Notes under the pieces: model-generated
What the model was told of the DNA's origin: nothing
The model's input: only the letters and a program-made list of their open reading frames with translations
Databases searched by the model: none
Source of the DNA: Dehalococcoidales bacterium
GTDB taxonomy: Bacteria; Chloroflexota; Dehalococcoidia; Dehalococcoidales; UBA5627
Direction: 5' to 3'
NCBI GenBank assembly: GCA_041656115.1
Contig: JBBAED010000002.1
Span: 82,403-146,402 of the forward strand
Length of the DNA stretch: 64,000 bases
Part shown: positions 1 through 10,829 of the stretch, in pieces
Layout: each line of letters opens with the position of its first letter
How positions within the stretch are numbered: the first letter of the stretch is position 1
Position numbers and translations under genes: made by a program

Positions 1-760
1 CCAATACAATTTTGTATATTTCATTAAAAGTATTATCGGCTCCACCAAGACATAACGTTCTGGTGCAATCACTGCAATAGCCCTTGTATTTTGCGCCAAA
101 ATCGATTACTATCGGCTCCTTTGCTTTGATTCGGCGCTCAGTCGGGTAGGCATGCGGAAGCGCCGCATTCGGCCCTGAACCAACAATTATTTCAAAAGGA
201 ACTGTCTCGCTGCCGGCCTCTCGTAACGCCTTCTCAAGCTCCCAAGCAACATCAAGTTCGGTCATCCCCGGGCAAATAATGCTTTCAAGGTGTTCAAAGG
301 CTTTATCGGCAATTTTAACGGCTTGCTCGATGCAAACAATCTCGGCGGCATCCTTAACAGCCCTTATTTTTTCAACAGCCCCCGGCAAGGGAATCATATC
401 CAGTTCAATTCCGCTTTTTTGAATCGCCGATGAAAAGTTCTGGAATTTTTCAATTGTTATATCTCCGGGCTCAAACCCCAATGTTTTGATATTAAGCCCG
501 CCGGTAATTTCGGGGAACCATTTATCAATGCCATCCGTAATTTGGAATAGGGTGTAGAGCGGAGACTGTTCCTTTACTTGCTCGACATAACGAAAATCAG
601 TCGCTAAAACAGTATTATTTTGAGTTATCAAAAGATATCCGGCTGAGCCGCTAAAACCGGAAAGATAATATCTGTTTTGGGGTTGGGATATTAGAACGGC
701 ATCTAAATTTTTCTCCTTTAGGATTTCCCTGAGTTTAGATATTCTCTTTTCTGTCTGCAT
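1..760 (-). CDS. Xaa-Pro aminopeptidase / M24 family peptidase (3' end runs off the window; absent from ORF track)
   Basis: Manual reverse-strand translation from the ATG at 760-758 gives MQTEKRISKLREILKEKNLDAVLISQPQNRYYLSGFSGSAGYLLITQ... (creatinase/prolidase N-domain). Further on it gives ...EAGSETVPFEIIVGSGPNAALPHAYPTERRIKAKEPIVIDFGAKYKGYCSDCTRT (M24 pita-bread core). The frame stays open to position 1. The start overlaps the xerC stop by 26 nt. Confidence 0.75.
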   Translation of the reverse strand, partial: MQTEKRISKLREILKEKNLDAVLISQPQNRYYLSGFSGSAGYLLITQNNTVLATDFRYVEQVKEQSPLYTLFQITDGIDKWFPEITGGLNIKTLGFEPGDITIEKFQNFSSAIQKSGIELDMIPLPGAVEKIRAVKDAAEIVCIEQAVKIADKAFEHLESIICPGMTELDVAWELEKALREAGSETVPFEIIVGSGPNAALPHAYPTERRIKAKEPIVIDFGAKYKGYCSDCTRTLCLGGADNTFNEIYKIVL

Positions 761-1697
761 CGGTTTCCTCTTCAATTTTGGCCATCGGATGAGCCACAAG
801 ATAAACTTTTCGCGCCTGACTGTAAGAAACATGGGTATAAATCTGAGTTGTTGATAGGTTGGAATGCCCCAGTAGTTCTTGGACAACCCTTAAGTCGGCC
901 CCGCCGTTAAGCATATGGGTAGCAAAGGTGTGACGCAGCATATGCGGGTGAACATTCTTTTCGATACCAGCCAATTCCGCATATTTACGAATCAGCATTT
1001 GCACCATGCGTTCGGTAATTCTTGTTCCGTCGCGGTTTAAAAAAAGGGCTACGGCTTTTTTCTCTTTTTGAACCCCTAATTTCGGCCTGCCGTCGCTAAG
1101 ATAGTTTTCAATCGCATTAACGGCATATTCTCCCATTAAAGCAATGCGTTCACGAGAGCCTTTCCCCCAAACCCGTATTTGCCTACCTTCAATATCAACG
1201 TTATCGATATCCAAACCGACTAACTCGCTCACCCTTAACCCGGAAGCGTAAATCAGTTCTATTAAAGCCCTGTCTCGCAAGCCTTGCGGGGTCGATAAAT
1301 CGGGCGTTTGCAACAGTTTAACAATTTCCTCAATCGTCAAAAATTCGGGCAAACGCTTATCCAGCTTGGGAGAAACAGAATGTTCAAGAGGATTTACATC
1401 CAATATTTTTTCTCTTGATAAATAGCGATAAAAGGAACGGATAGCGGAAAGTTTACGGGCGATACTGGATTTAGCAACCCCTTCACTCGCTAAATAAGCC
1501 ATATATTCACGCAATACCCATTTATCGGCCTTATCGAGGGTTTTGATCTCCTTCATGCGTAAAAATTGGAAAAACCCTTTAGCCGAGCCGCGCTTGGTAT
1601 TACCGACCAAATCGCCGGTGTAGTTACGCACGGTGTAGGGAGACACATTACGCTCGGCGACTAAATAGTCGACATATTTGTTAAAAACTTCCTGCAT
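735..1697 (-). CDS. xerC: Tyrosine recombinase XerC/XerD family
   Basis: 320 aa. N-terminal SAM-like core-binding domain. C-terminal catalytic signature HPHMLRHTFATHMLNGGADLRVVQELLGHSNLSTTQIYTHV (R..HxxR..Y). Sits directly downstream of topA and dprA. Confidence 0.85.
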   Translation of the reverse strand: MQEVFNKYVDYLVAERNVSPYTVRNYTGDLVGNTKRGSAKGFFQFLRMKEIKTLDKADKWVLREYMAYLASEGVAKSSIARKLSAIRSFYRYLSREKILDVNPLEHSVSPKLDKRLPEFLTIEEIVKLLQTPDLSTPQGLRDRALIELIYASGLRVSELVGLDIDNVDIEGRQIRVWGKGSRERIALMGEYAVNAIENYLSDGRPKLGVQKEKKAVALFLNRDGTRITERMVQMLIRKYAELAGIEKNVHPHMLRHTFATHMLNGGADLRVVQELLGHSNLSTTQIYTHVSYSQARKVYLVAHPMAKIEEETDADRKENI

Positions 1698-1702
1698 CGG
1701 TT

Positions 1703-3805
1703 TTAGTCCTGCCGGAGTTTATTTTTATAATCGCATTTGGTGCACTTACCCGTTTTGCCTCTGTATACGGTCATTAAGCCGCCGCACTCAGGGCAGGGCT
1801 CGGGTAAGGGCTTTGTATTGATTGCAAAGTTACATTTCGGATATCCGCTGCAGCCGTAAAAGGTTCTTTTCTTTTTACTGCGTTTTTCAATAATATCCTC
1901 GCCGCATTCGGGGCACTTGGCGCCCGTTTTAATCTTAAACGAACTGGTGTATTTACATTCCGGGTAACCGCTGCAGGCCAAAAACTTACCGAAACGACCG
2001 ACTTTAATCACAACCGACTTTTCACAGAGCGGGCATTTTTCATCGGTTTCTTCGTCTGCCAGCTTAACCCTTTCGATATCCTCGCCGGCTTTTTGCAAGT
2101 CCTCATTAAACGGCCCGTAAAACTCCCTGACTACCCCCACCCAGTCTATATCGCCGTTGGCAATCTTATCAAGATCGTTTTCAAGATGTGCCGTAAAGTC
2201 GATATTAACAATATTGGGGAAGTGTTGGAACAACAAATCGTTAACAATAAATCCCAATTCCGTCGGTTTAAAGCTGCCGCCCGGCTTGGTGACATATTCA
2301 CGGTCCTGAATGGTAGATAAAATAGGCGCATAGGTACTTGGGCGCCCAATACCCCATTGTTCAAGCATTTTAATTAAGGTCGCTTCCGTATAACGTGACG
2401 GCGGCTTGGTAAAGTGCTGTTTTTCCGAGAGGTCTAAGAGTTTTAATTCCTCTCCCTTTTCCATTTTCGGCAGCTTTGATGTCTCTTCCTCTTCGTTATC
2501 GTCTTTCTTTTCACTGTAAAGGGTTATAAAACCGGGAAAGATGTTTACTGAGCCGGTTGCCCTGAAAAGATACTTATTTTTGGAAAGATTATTTTTAGCG
2601 TTAATATCAACCGATGTATTTTCAAAAGAAGCTGCCGCCATTTGGCTTGCAACCATCCTTTGCCATATCAGATTGTATATTTTATATTGCGTAGCAGTGA
2701 GATACTGTTTAACGGAATCGGGCGTACGCCACACCTTAGTGGGGCGAATGGCCTCGTGGGCTTCTTGGGCTCCCTTTACTTTACGGGAAAAGGAACGTGC
2801 ATGAGCAGGCAAGTATTCAGCCCCGTATTTTTCCGAAATATAATTCCTTACTTCCGCTAGGGCGGAAGGGGCTACATGTGTGGAATCGGTTCTCATATAA
2901 GTAATCAAACCGACACTGCCCTCATTGCCGATTGTCAAACCTTCATAAAGCTGTTGGGCGGTTACCATCGTCATTTTTGCCGTAAATCGGAAACGCCGCC
3001 AGGCTTCCTGTTGTAACGTACTGGTAATAAACGGGGGCGCCGGTTGGCGTTGCACATTTTTTACAGTCACCTTACCGACACTGTAATCCGCTTTTTCCAA
3101 TTCCGATTTGATTGTCATCGCTTGGTCGGAGTTTTTGATTTCCGCCTTGGCGTTATCGGCTGTTTTAATAAGCATCGCCTTAAATGAGCCATCTTTTTTA
3201 GCAGAATTTTTCTGTAATTCCGCTTCGATGGTCCAATACTCAACGGGAACAAATTGTTCAATTTCACGTTCGCGATCGGCTACAATCTTTACGGCAACGG
3301 ATTGGACTCTTCCTGCCGACAGTCCTTTACGCACTTTTCGCCACAGGAGGGGGCTTAGTTTATAGCCTACCAGCCGATCTAAAATCCTGCGCGTTTGCTG
3401 CGCATTAACAAGTTGAATATCAATATCGCGCGGGGTTTTAAAAGCGTCGGTAATCGCCTCTTGGGTAATCTCATGGAAAGTAACACGGCGGTATTTAACG
3501 TCTTTCTGTTTTATAGCCTCGACAAGATGCCAAGCAATCGCCTCACCCTCGCGGTCGGGGTCAGTCGCCAGATATACGGTAGAAGCCGTCTTAGCGGCAT
3601 CCCTCAGTTCTTTTACGGTTTTATTTTTATCTCTGGATACAACATATTTGGGTTCAAAATTATTCTCAACATCAACGCCTAAGCTGCTTTTCGGTAAATC
3701 CCGGATATGCCCCAAAGAAGCCTTAATGGTGTAATTTTTACCCAAAATTTTCGAAAGGGTTTTCGCCTTAGCCGGCGATTCCACTATTACAAGTTTTTTT
3801 TCCAT
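1703..3805 (-). CDS. topA: DNA topoisomerase I
   Basis: 700 aa. TOPRIM N-terminus (LVIVESPAKAKTLSKILG...GHIRDLP). Active-site region ITYMRTDS. Several C-terminal CxxC...CxxC zinc ribbons. Confidence 0.95.
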   Translation of the reverse strand: MEKKLVIVESPAKAKTLSKILGKNYTIKASLGHIRDLPKSSLGVDVENNFEPKYVVSRDKNKTVKELRDAAKTASTVYLATDPDREGEAIAWHLVEAIKQKDVKYRRVTFHEITQEAITDAFKTPRDIDIQLVNAQQTRRILDRLVGYKLSPLLWRKVRKGLSAGRVQSVAVKIVADREREIEQFVPVEYWTIEAELQKNSAKKDGSFKAMLIKTADNAKAEIKNSDQAMTIKSELEKADYSVGKVTVKNVQRQPAPPFITSTLQQEAWRRFRFTAKMTMVTAQQLYEGLTIGNEGSVGLITYMRTDSTHVAPSALAEVRNYISEKYGAEYLPAHARSFSRKVKGAQEAHEAIRPTKVWRTPDSVKQYLTATQYKIYNLIWQRMVASQMAAASFENTSVDINAKNNLSKNKYLFRATGSVNIFPGFITLYSEKKDDNEEEETSKLPKMEKGEELKLLDLSEKQHFTKPPSRYTEATLIKMLEQWGIGRPSTYAPILSTIQDREYVTKPGGSFKPTELGFIVNDLLFQHFPNIVNIDFTAHLENDLDKIANGDIDWVGVVREFYGPFNEDLQKAGEDIERVKLADEETDEKCPLCEKSVVIKVGRFGKFLACSGYPECKYTSSFKIKTGAKCPECGEDIIEKRSKKKRTFYGCSGYPKCNFAINTKPLPEPCPECGGLMTVYRGKTGKCTKCDYKNKLRQD

Positions 3806-4945
3806 CTAGTTAATCTCTATCTTATAAAATTCTTTATTTTCACGCACTTCACGGCATAAAGCATAATTCATTGCCCCGACCTGTTTTACCATCCCTTTTA
3901 ACTCCATCATCGCCAGGGTACTGCTGGTAACCGAAATCGGCAAAGCACTGTTACGGCAAACTTCGTCAATATGTTTGGGTTCCGCCCCTAATTGTTTTAA
4001 AATCAGGGCTTCCGTGTCCGACGCCGGGATAAGTTCTTTTACCTCAATTTGTTCCGCAACCGCAGTCAAATTAAGTTCTTGCAAAATATCCTCAACATTA
4101 CGCACAAGCTTAGCCGTATTTTCCATAATCAATTTGTTTGTTCCCGAGCTGGCAGGGGACAGAACGCTTCCGGGAACAGCAAATACCTCACGGTTTTGCT
4201 CAAATGCCAGGTTAGCCGTTATTAGCGAACCGCTGGTTTCGCCGGCTTCTATTACCAAAACCCCCAAACACAAACCGCTCATTATCCGATTACGACGCGG
4301 AAAGTTTTCCGGCCTGGGCTTGGTTCCGGGGGCATATTCGCTTACCATTGCACCGTTTTTAATTACCTGCCGTGCAAGGTTGGCGTTTTCTGCCGGATAA
4401 ACACTGTCAAGCCCGCCTCCCATCACCGCAATAGTTCTGCCGTTGGCATTTAATGCGGATTGGTGCGTAATGGTATCAATTCCTTTTGCCAGTCCGCTAA
4501 CAATCGTTATTTTATTTCCGGCAAGAGCGGATACTATCTCTTCGGTTATTTGCCTGCCGTAAATAGTGGGGTTCCGCGTTCCGACAACCGCTAAACAGTA
4601 TTCATCTTCCTGCAGTATATCACCTCTAATATAAATTAAAGGCGGAAAGTCATAGATTTCTTTTAAGCGGGCAGGGTACTCATTATCGTGGTAATTAAAA
4701 GCTTTTATGTTATATTTTTCAAGTTTTGCAAGCTCGGCATCAAGGTCGATAGTCGGCCTGGATTTAATGATAGACTTAACGGAACCCTCGTCTAACCCTG
4801 CTTTTTTAAGCTCATCGGCAGCGGCATTCCACGCTTTCTCGATATCGCCAAAATAACTCTCAATCTTGTTAAATTTGACCCTGCCGATGCCTGAAATCAG
4901 ATTAAAACCAATCCAATATTTGTTTTTTTCATTCTTGATAGTCAA
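3806..4945 (-). CDS. dprA: DNA processing protein DprA
   Basis: 379 aa. Rossmann-like DprA core (VVGTRNPTIYG...SGLAKGIDTITHQSAL...GGGLDSVYPAEN...FPRRNRIMSGL). The stop abuts the topA start. Confidence 0.9.
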   Translation of the reverse strand: MTIKNEKNKYWIGFNLISGIGRVKFNKIESYFGDIEKAWNAAADELKKAGLDEGSVKSIIKSRPTIDLDAELAKLEKYNIKAFNYHDNEYPARLKEIYDFPPLIYIRGDILQEDEYCLAVVGTRNPTIYGRQITEEIVSALAGNKITIVSGLAKGIDTITHQSALNANGRTIAVMGGGLDSVYPAENANLARQVIKNGAMVSEYAPGTKPRPENFPRRNRIMSGLCLGVLVIEAGETSGSLITANLAFEQNREVFAVPGSVLSPASSGTNKLIMENTAKLVRNVEDILQELNLTAVAEQIEVKELIPASDTEALILKQLGAEPKHIDEVCRNSALPISVTSSTLAMMELKGMVKQVGAMNYALCREVRENKEFYKIEIN

Positions 4946-5071
4946 AGCGGTTACATTCTAGCACAATCATAATCAATAGTGAAAAATGAAGTGCGAAGTA
5001 AAACATCATTTGATAGGGATAATTTGGAGTGTTGATTGGATTTAATTGTTAGATACCAAAGACAAACGAAG

Positions 5072-5110
5072 AGAAAAAACTAAAGCCTCTGAGTTTAAAC
5101 TTGGAGGCCG
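5072..5110 (-). terminator. Putative intrinsic terminator downstream of tRNA-Glu
   Basis: On the minus strand: GCCTC-caagtttaaactca-GAGGC followed by TTTAGTTTTTT. The stem is short (5 bp). Confidence 0.35.
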
Positions 5111-5120
5111 TTATTTACAT

Positions 5121-5197
5121 TGGTAGCGCATACGGGATTCGAACCCGTGATCTCCGCCTTGAGAGGGCGGTGTCCTAGGCCGCTAGACGAATGCGCC
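5121..5197 (-). tRNA. tRNA-Glu (anticodon CTC), CCA encoded
   Basis: The reverse complement GGCGCATTCGTCTAGCGGCCTAGGACACCGCCCTCTCAAGGCGGAGATCACGGGTTCGAATCCCGTATGCGCTACCA folds as a cloverleaf. Anticodon stem is CCGCC/GGCGG and the loop is CTCTCAA. T-loop is TTCGAAT. Confidence 0.9.
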
Positions 5198-5315
5198 ACG
5201 CACCAATCACGCGTGTTTTACGCCGAACATAATAGCTTATTATATCAAGGCTGTTTTGTCAAAATCTTCTGCTTGTAAAATAGCGGGGCAGGGGATAGTT
5301 AACATAACAAATATG

Positions 5316-5906
5316 TTAGTTTTTGACATCCAATTGAACACCCGATAAACCATAATAACGCCAGATTTTAAGCAAACTGTTTTCATGCATATACATAGAA
5401 AACGACATCACAATTTTTTCGTTTGATAAGTCCAGCTCCGAGGTGTCAATCCAGTATTCTAGTTTAATGACTTGGTTAAAGTTGCTGCTTAAATCAGGGT
5501 AATTAATGGCAACCCCGTCATCGCGATAAGTAACTTCACGATTAAAAAGATTGACGTAATTATCGGCAGGGTCGTCGTAAAGAAAGGCTTCACCGGGGTT
5601 AATATTTTCAAAATTCATCCTTAACGAAGATATGCGATGGTTATCTTTGGGGTGAATATTAACGGTAATATGCGATAGGTTATCGGCTATTTTTTCGGAA
5701 TCAAAATCGATTATGATTGATTTATCGTTATTATGAATGTGGAAATAGTATTCAAAGCGATCCGTTTCCTGATTTATGTAGACGGTTGAATCGGCCTTTA
5801 GTTTTTGAGTATGAAAAAAAACGCTACTTGAAGCAGCTAAAAACAGCAAAACCAGCAATACATACCCGGCTATAATTAGAGATACCAGTTTCCATGCCCT
5901 TTTCAT
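5316..5906 (-). CDS. Hypothetical protein with N-terminal membrane anchor
   Basis: 196-aa ORF. One N-terminal hydrophobic helix (WKLVSLIIAGYVLLVLLFLAASS), then a soluble domain. I recognise no family motif. Confidence 0.45.
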   Translation of the reverse strand: MKRAWKLVSLIIAGYVLLVLLFLAASSSVFFHTQKLKADSTVYINQETDRFEYYFHIHNNDKSIIIDFDSEKIADNLSHITVNIHPKDNHRISSLRMNFENINPGEAFLYDDPADNYVNLFNREVTYRDDGVAINYPDLSSNFNQVIKLEYWIDTSELDLSNEKIVMSFSMYMHENSLLKIWRYYGLSGVQLDVKN

Positions 5907-6481
5907 CTTTACCCCATCGTTTCACGGTTAATAATAACCCTGCCATTATAACATTCTTTGATAACAATTCTGTAATAATAAAGGGATAAAAGAACAATAT
6001 GTTAGCCTTCGCGCCTTCAAACCACCCGCAAATTGATTATCAATTCCAAAACCTGCGTTCCGCCCCGTTTGATAATAAGGTTTACACAGTAAAAGAGAGT
6101 TAAAAGCATAAAAAACCCAGCTTTAAGCATCAATACGAGCACAAATATCCGCAAACACAAAGGAATCGGTTTTTGATGTTTGCTCATAGTTGTCCAGTCT
6201 GGTACAATAGTATTAGTAAGCATTTTGTCGCATAATTTTTTAATCATACTCTTTCTAGCTCGTATTATTGCGTTTTTCCTCATTGTTTACATTTAGCGGA
6301 AGGCTGTTTAAATAAGCTGTACTCTATTGGCAAGGATAGGGCACCGCCTACCTTTAGTATTATCCGGTCGCGTTTTTCCGCTAATCCCATGCTAAGTGCT
6401 TCTTTTCCGATTGCACGTTACGCAAACCATGTTGACTGCATTAGTGGGTTTTCCATACCCAATAAAAACAGGAGCTACGAA

Positions 6482-6835
6482 ATGAAGGAAGAAGGAAAAA
6501 CCGCAAGCTATAATTTAGCCAAAAAAAAGAAGTTGTTTTTACGTGAGCTCAAGCTACTGAAATCAGCCCAAGGCTCCGGAAACAAGCGTTTCGACGGCAG
6601 CCTTGCCAGAGAAAGAACGGAAATTGCGGATGCCGCCACCGAATTTGAAAAGAATTTAGCGCTCGGAATGCAAAAGCAAACCAATTTAGAGCTAATAGAA
6701 CGGGCTTTAAGCAAGATAGACGAGGGCTCATACGGGATATGCGATATTTGCGGCAAAAGCATTAACCCCGCACGCATGGCAATATTGCCGTATGCCAATT
6801 TATGTATTAAGTGTTGTAATGATTCAAGCCGTTAA
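6482..6835 (+). CDS. DksA/TraR family C4-type zinc-finger protein
   Basis: C-terminal GSYGICDICGKSINPARMAILPYANLCIKCC (CxxC-17-CxxC), preceded by a coiled-coil region. I moved the start to the ATG at 6482, which has AGGAG 6 nt upstream. The ORF-track start at 6389 has no RBS. Confidence 0.7.
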   Translation: MKEEGKTASYNLAKKKKLFLRELKLLKSAQGSGNKRFDGSLARERTEIADAATEFEKNLALGMQKQTNLELIERALSKIDEGSYGICDICGKSINPARMAILPYANLCIKCCNDSSR

Positions 6836-6892
6836 ATAAACCAATTCGAATAGGATTGCCAGCAGTATAAAAATAGTTTTGAAGGGAGTGTT

Positions 6893-7600
6893 TTGGAAGT
6901 GAAGAACGGAAAAAAGTTGATTGAAAGTGATGAGGAATTTTTTTTAAAAGATAACGAATGTCAATTTTTATTTGGGTTAGCCAAAAAAGTTGCCAAAGAC
7001 GAAGTTATAATTGAAATAGGGGATTATCAAAAAAACTCCACGCAATGGTTAGCGGAAGGGGTTCAAGAAGGCAAAGGCTGTAAATTTTATAATATGGGTT
7101 CACGGTTTAGCATTAAAGAAACCGCAGACGAGGAAGCCGAGCCGGAAGTTATTAATGAAGATTTATCAGAAATAGTCGATTTTTCTTATATCGATTCCGA
7201 AGAAACCGTCAGAAGATGGAAAGAAAAAATCGGGCTTTTATGCATCAATTTGGCTTGTGACTTTGATAATGTCAGCGAAATATTCAACGGTTGGGAGCGC
7301 CATCTCTCTCAAAAAGCCAAGGTTGTTGTCTATAATTGCGATACGACCGTATCTTCTAAAATTATTAAAAACAAAACCGGCAGCACCGGCAAATTCGTAT
7401 TGGAAAAAACAAAGAATTCACTGGCGTTAATGAGGCTGGATAAATGCACGCATCATTGGATCCTTGATTCCTCCGATTTCGGTATTTGTAAATATTGTAA
7501 ACGGACACGAAACTTCAGAAAAATGTTAAAGGAATCACGTTCTTTTGAAGCAAGGAGAAGGACCGGCGGCAGTAAAAAGAATATCAAAAATGCTGCGTAA
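6893..7600 (+). CDS. Hypothetical protein, class I methyltransferase-fold-like (Methyltransf_24-like) with C-terminal Cys/His cluster and basic tail
   Basis: 235 aa. TTG start with GGGAG 5 nt upstream. VIIEIGDYQKNSTQWLAEG ... IGLLCINLACDFDNV ... VVVYNCD resembles the fold of O-methyltransferase-like proteins. C-terminus has CTHHW...CKYCKR followed by an Arg/Lys-rich tail. Confidence 0.45.
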   Translation: MEVKNGKKLIESDEEFFLKDNECQFLFGLAKKVAKDEVIIEIGDYQKNSTQWLAEGVQEGKGCKFYNMGSRFSIKETADEEAEPEVINEDLSEIVDFSYIDSEETVRRWKEKIGLLCINLACDFDNVSEIFNGWERHLSQKAKVVVYNCDTTVSSKIIKNKTGSTGKFVLEKTKNSLALMRLDKCTHHWILDSSDFGICKYCKRTRNFRKMLKESRSFEARRRTGGSKKNIKNAA

Positions 7601-7689
7601 ACTAAAATTTAAATGAAATACTTGAAAATGGCGCATAGGTACTTGAATCAACGTCCTCAAATATCAGATAATTAGTTAGGAGGGTAACA

Positions 7690-8343
<654 letters not shown>

Positions 8344-8487
8344 ACACAGCTAGAATATACTAACACAACTGAGCCTTAGTCGCAAATTGCATCGCACTTT
8401 ATTACCCAAAAGTTAGAAGTATTTAATATTGTATGTTAATATTATAAAGAGGCATATAATCAAGCCTTACATAAAAAGAGTAACGTT

Positions 8488-8970
8488 ATGGCAAAATTAA
8501 GAGAAATACGGGTTGTGCCCGATCCGGTTCTTCGGCGAAAGGCAAACAGGGTTCCCGCGGTAGATGAATCAATCGTTCAACTGGTTGAAGATATGGTTTT
8601 GACGATGCAGGAATCCGATGGGGTAGGATTAGCAGCCCCTCAAGTTGGCGTTTCGCTGCGCATTATTGTGCTTCAAATGCCTGACGAAGAACCTTTTTGT
8701 ATAATCAATCCCGAAATAACCAAAAGGAAGGGTGAGGTAGAACTAACGGAAGGATGCCTTAGCGTTCCCGGTTATCAGGGTGAAGTTCTTAGATCGATTT
8801 CGATTGTCGCCAAAGGATTAAATATTAAAGGCGAAAAAATAAAAATTAAAGCAAGCGGGCTTTTGTCACAGGCAATCGAACATGAAACGGATCACTTAGA
8901 CGGTATTATTTATACCGATCGAATAGAAGAAGACGGGAAACTTTACAAAATCGAACCCGAAGACGCCTAG
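8488..8970 (+). CDS. def: Peptide deformylase
   Basis: 160 aa with the three deformylase motifs: GVGLAAPQVG, EGCLSVPG, HETDHLDG. Confidence 0.95.
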   Translation: MAKLREIRVVPDPVLRRKANRVPAVDESIVQLVEDMVLTMQESDGVGLAAPQVGVSLRIIVLQMPDEEPFCIINPEITKRKGEVELTEGCLSVPGYQGEVLRSISIVAKGLNIKGEKIKIKASGLLSQAIEHETDHLDGIIYTDRIEEDGKLYKIEPEDA

Positions 8971-8999
8971 AAAAAGCCTGCAGTAAAGGATAACCACAT

Positions 9000-9656
9000 A
9001 TGCAATATCCCTCAAACACGAAAACCTTGATTCAATGTGATTTTGACGGCACATTAACCGAAGAAGATATCAGTTTTTTAATATTGGATACTTTTGCCGA
9101 AGGCGACTGGCGCGCACTGCTTGAGCAATATAAAAGCGGCCAAATTTCGGTAGGCAAGTTTAACACACTCGCTTTTAGGATGGTTAAGCAAACGGAAAAG
9201 ACATTAGTCAATTTTGTAAGCGAAAAGGCCAAATTAAGGCCGAATTTTAAAGAGTTATTGGATTACTGCAATTCGCGCAATTTCCGTTTTACGATAATCA
9301 GTAACGGAATGACGTTTTACATCAAAACATTGCTTAAAAATATCGGCATTGAAGATTTTGAAATATATGCCGCCCAAGCAACCTTTAACAATAACGGAAT
9401 TGAGGCGCGTTATATCGGTCCGGACGGGAATGAGGTTCAAGACGGATTCAAAACAACCTATGCCAATAAGTTTTTAGGAGAAGGTTGGCGGGTTATCAGT
9501 ATCGGTAACGGGGCATCCGATGTTCCGGCGGCCAAACTGGCACACCATACCTTTGCCACAGAACCGATGCTTTCACTGTGCAGAGAATCGGGGATGGATT
9601 GTTTCCCGTTTGAAACGCTGGATGACATCATAAAGGGGCTGAAACAGATAGATTAG
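9000..9656 (+). CDS. HAD-IB family phosphatase (MtnX / phosphoserine-phosphatase-like)
   Basis: 218 aa. HAD motif I CDFDGTLT. Motif II IISNG. Motif III/IV ...IGNGASDVPAAKLA. Confidence 0.7.
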   Translation: MQYPSNTKTLIQCDFDGTLTEEDISFLILDTFAEGDWRALLEQYKSGQISVGKFNTLAFRMVKQTEKTLVNFVSEKAKLRPNFKELLDYCNSRNFRFTIISNGMTFYIKTLLKNIGIEDFEIYAAQATFNNNGIEARYIGPDGNEVQDGFKTTYANKFLGEGWRVISIGNGASDVPAAKLAHHTFATEPMLSLCRESGMDCFPFETLDDIIKGLKQID

Positions 9657-10316
9657 CTAGTTTGTTCTGGCACCGAATATTTTACTGCCGATTCTGACAA
9701 TATTAGCGCCTTCCTGCATTGCGACTTTGTATGAATCGGTCATTCCCATTGACAGATATTTCATTTCAACATTTTGAATGTTTAGTGCGGCTATTTCTTC
9801 AAATAATTCTTTAGTTTTAGCAAAATAGGGGCGTAGTTCTTCGGCTGTAACCGACCATGGCCCCATTGTCATTAGCCCCACAACTTTAATATTATCAAGT
9901 TTGGCTATTTCTTGAATTAAGCCGATTGCATCTTCGGGTAAAACCCCCGCTTTTTGGGGTTCTGCAGCGCTGTTAATTTCAACCAACACCGGCATTACTT
10001 TATTGATTTCGGCACATCTTTTATTAAGGAGCGACGCAATTTCAATCGAATCAATTGTTTCAATCATATCAAAAAGGGCAGCCGCTTTTTTTACTTTATT
10101 GCTTTGTAAATACCCGATAAAATGCCATTTCACACGATTACCAATTACCTTTTGTTTAGCCTCGGCCTCTTGCAGATAATTTTCACCGATTATTGTAACT
10201 CCGGCCTCAATTGCCTCAAGCACTTCCGATATTGTTTTTGTTTTTGCTGCGGCAACCAGTTGCACACCGGGCATTAACTCACCCAATATCTCATTAACAT
10301 TTTGTTTGATTGTCAT
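9657..10316 (-). CDS. yggS: YggS family pyridoxal-phosphate homeostasis protein
   Basis: Alanine-racemase-N fold (VQLVAAAKTKT...IGENYLQEA...WHFIGYLQSNKV...SMGMTDSY...IVRIGSKIFG). I chose the ATG at 10316 because it forms an ATGA overlap with the stop of the upstream zinc-ribbon gene. The ORF-track start is 10340. Confidence 0.85.
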   Translation of the reverse strand: MTIKQNVNEILGELMPGVQLVAAAKTKTISEVLEAIEAGVTIIGENYLQEAEAKQKVIGNRVKWHFIGYLQSNKVKKAAALFDMIETIDSIEIASLLNKRCAEINKVMPVLVEINSAAEPQKAGVLPEDAIGLIQEIAKLDNIKVVGLMTMGPWSVTAEELRPYFAKTKELFEEIAALNIQNVEMKYLSMGMTDSYKVAMQEGANIVRIGSKIFGARTN

Positions 10317-10714
10317 AATTTGTTTCCGCATTGCGGACAAAACCTCATTCCTTTATCGTTTCTACTGCCGCAATTTTCGCAAACTATTTTGGCAGTTCGT
10401 TTAGCACGGCTTGGTGCAATCCCCAGCAAATGGTCAAGCTCACCGCGTCTAAGCAATGTTTCCAATTGTTCGCGGCTTATCATGTTTTGGGCAACTTTCT
10501 TTTTTAATTCGTCATCAACCTGCAATGTCTCACCGCAGTGCTCACACACCACAACCTGCCGGGAGGAAAATTGAAAGGTAGGAACAAAATAAACGGTTAA
10601 TCTTTTTCGTTCTTGCTTAACCGCAAAGATGCGCTGCTCCTCACATTTGGGGCACATCATATTGATGTAACCCAGAGGGTCATAATAATCCTTTTTTCCA
10701 AACAGAAAAACCAT
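10313..10714 (-). CDS. Zinc-ribbon domain protein
   Basis: 133 aa with three CxxC pairs or ribbons (CPKCEE...CEHCGE; CENCGS...CPQCGN). Translationally coupled to yggS. Confidence 0.55.
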   Translation of the reverse strand: MVFLFGKKDYYDPLGYINMMCPKCEEQRIFAVKQERKRLTVYFVPTFQFSSRQVVVCEHCGETLQVDDELKKKVAQNMISREQLETLLRRGELDHLLGIAPSRAKRTAKIVCENCGSRNDKGMRFCPQCGNKL

Positions 10715-10829
10715 CGTATCTCCGAAATAAAGACCTCTAAAAAGGATAACAGAAAGCGGAGTGTTTATAAAGTTTTATGCTTCTAAACACCAAGATAAAA
10801 TTGCTCTGAATGCGACTTTTAACCGTTTT

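Noticed and set aside
735-1697. The tyrosine recombinase as a marker of an integrated mobile element.
   Set aside because: It is a XerC/D-type protein embedded in a dprA-topA-xerC housekeeping operon, with overlapping or adjacent coding boundaries. No att-like repeats or cargo genes are nearby.
2093-4400. Multiple 60-140-aa plus-strand ORFs inside topA and dprA. Similar antisense ORFs occur inside pgk, dxs, etf, hdrA, thrS, the pat-like gene and hsdR.
   Set aside because: They are embedded antisense or out of frame in genes with unambiguous homology, and have no independent signals.
6017-6283. 88-aa minus-strand ORF between the 5316-5906 gene and the DksA-like gene.
   Set aside because: It has no Shine-Dalgarno sequence upstream and no recognisable motif, and its composition looks like translated AT-rich spacer. 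I cannot support it as a gene, though a small membrane protein cannot be excluded.
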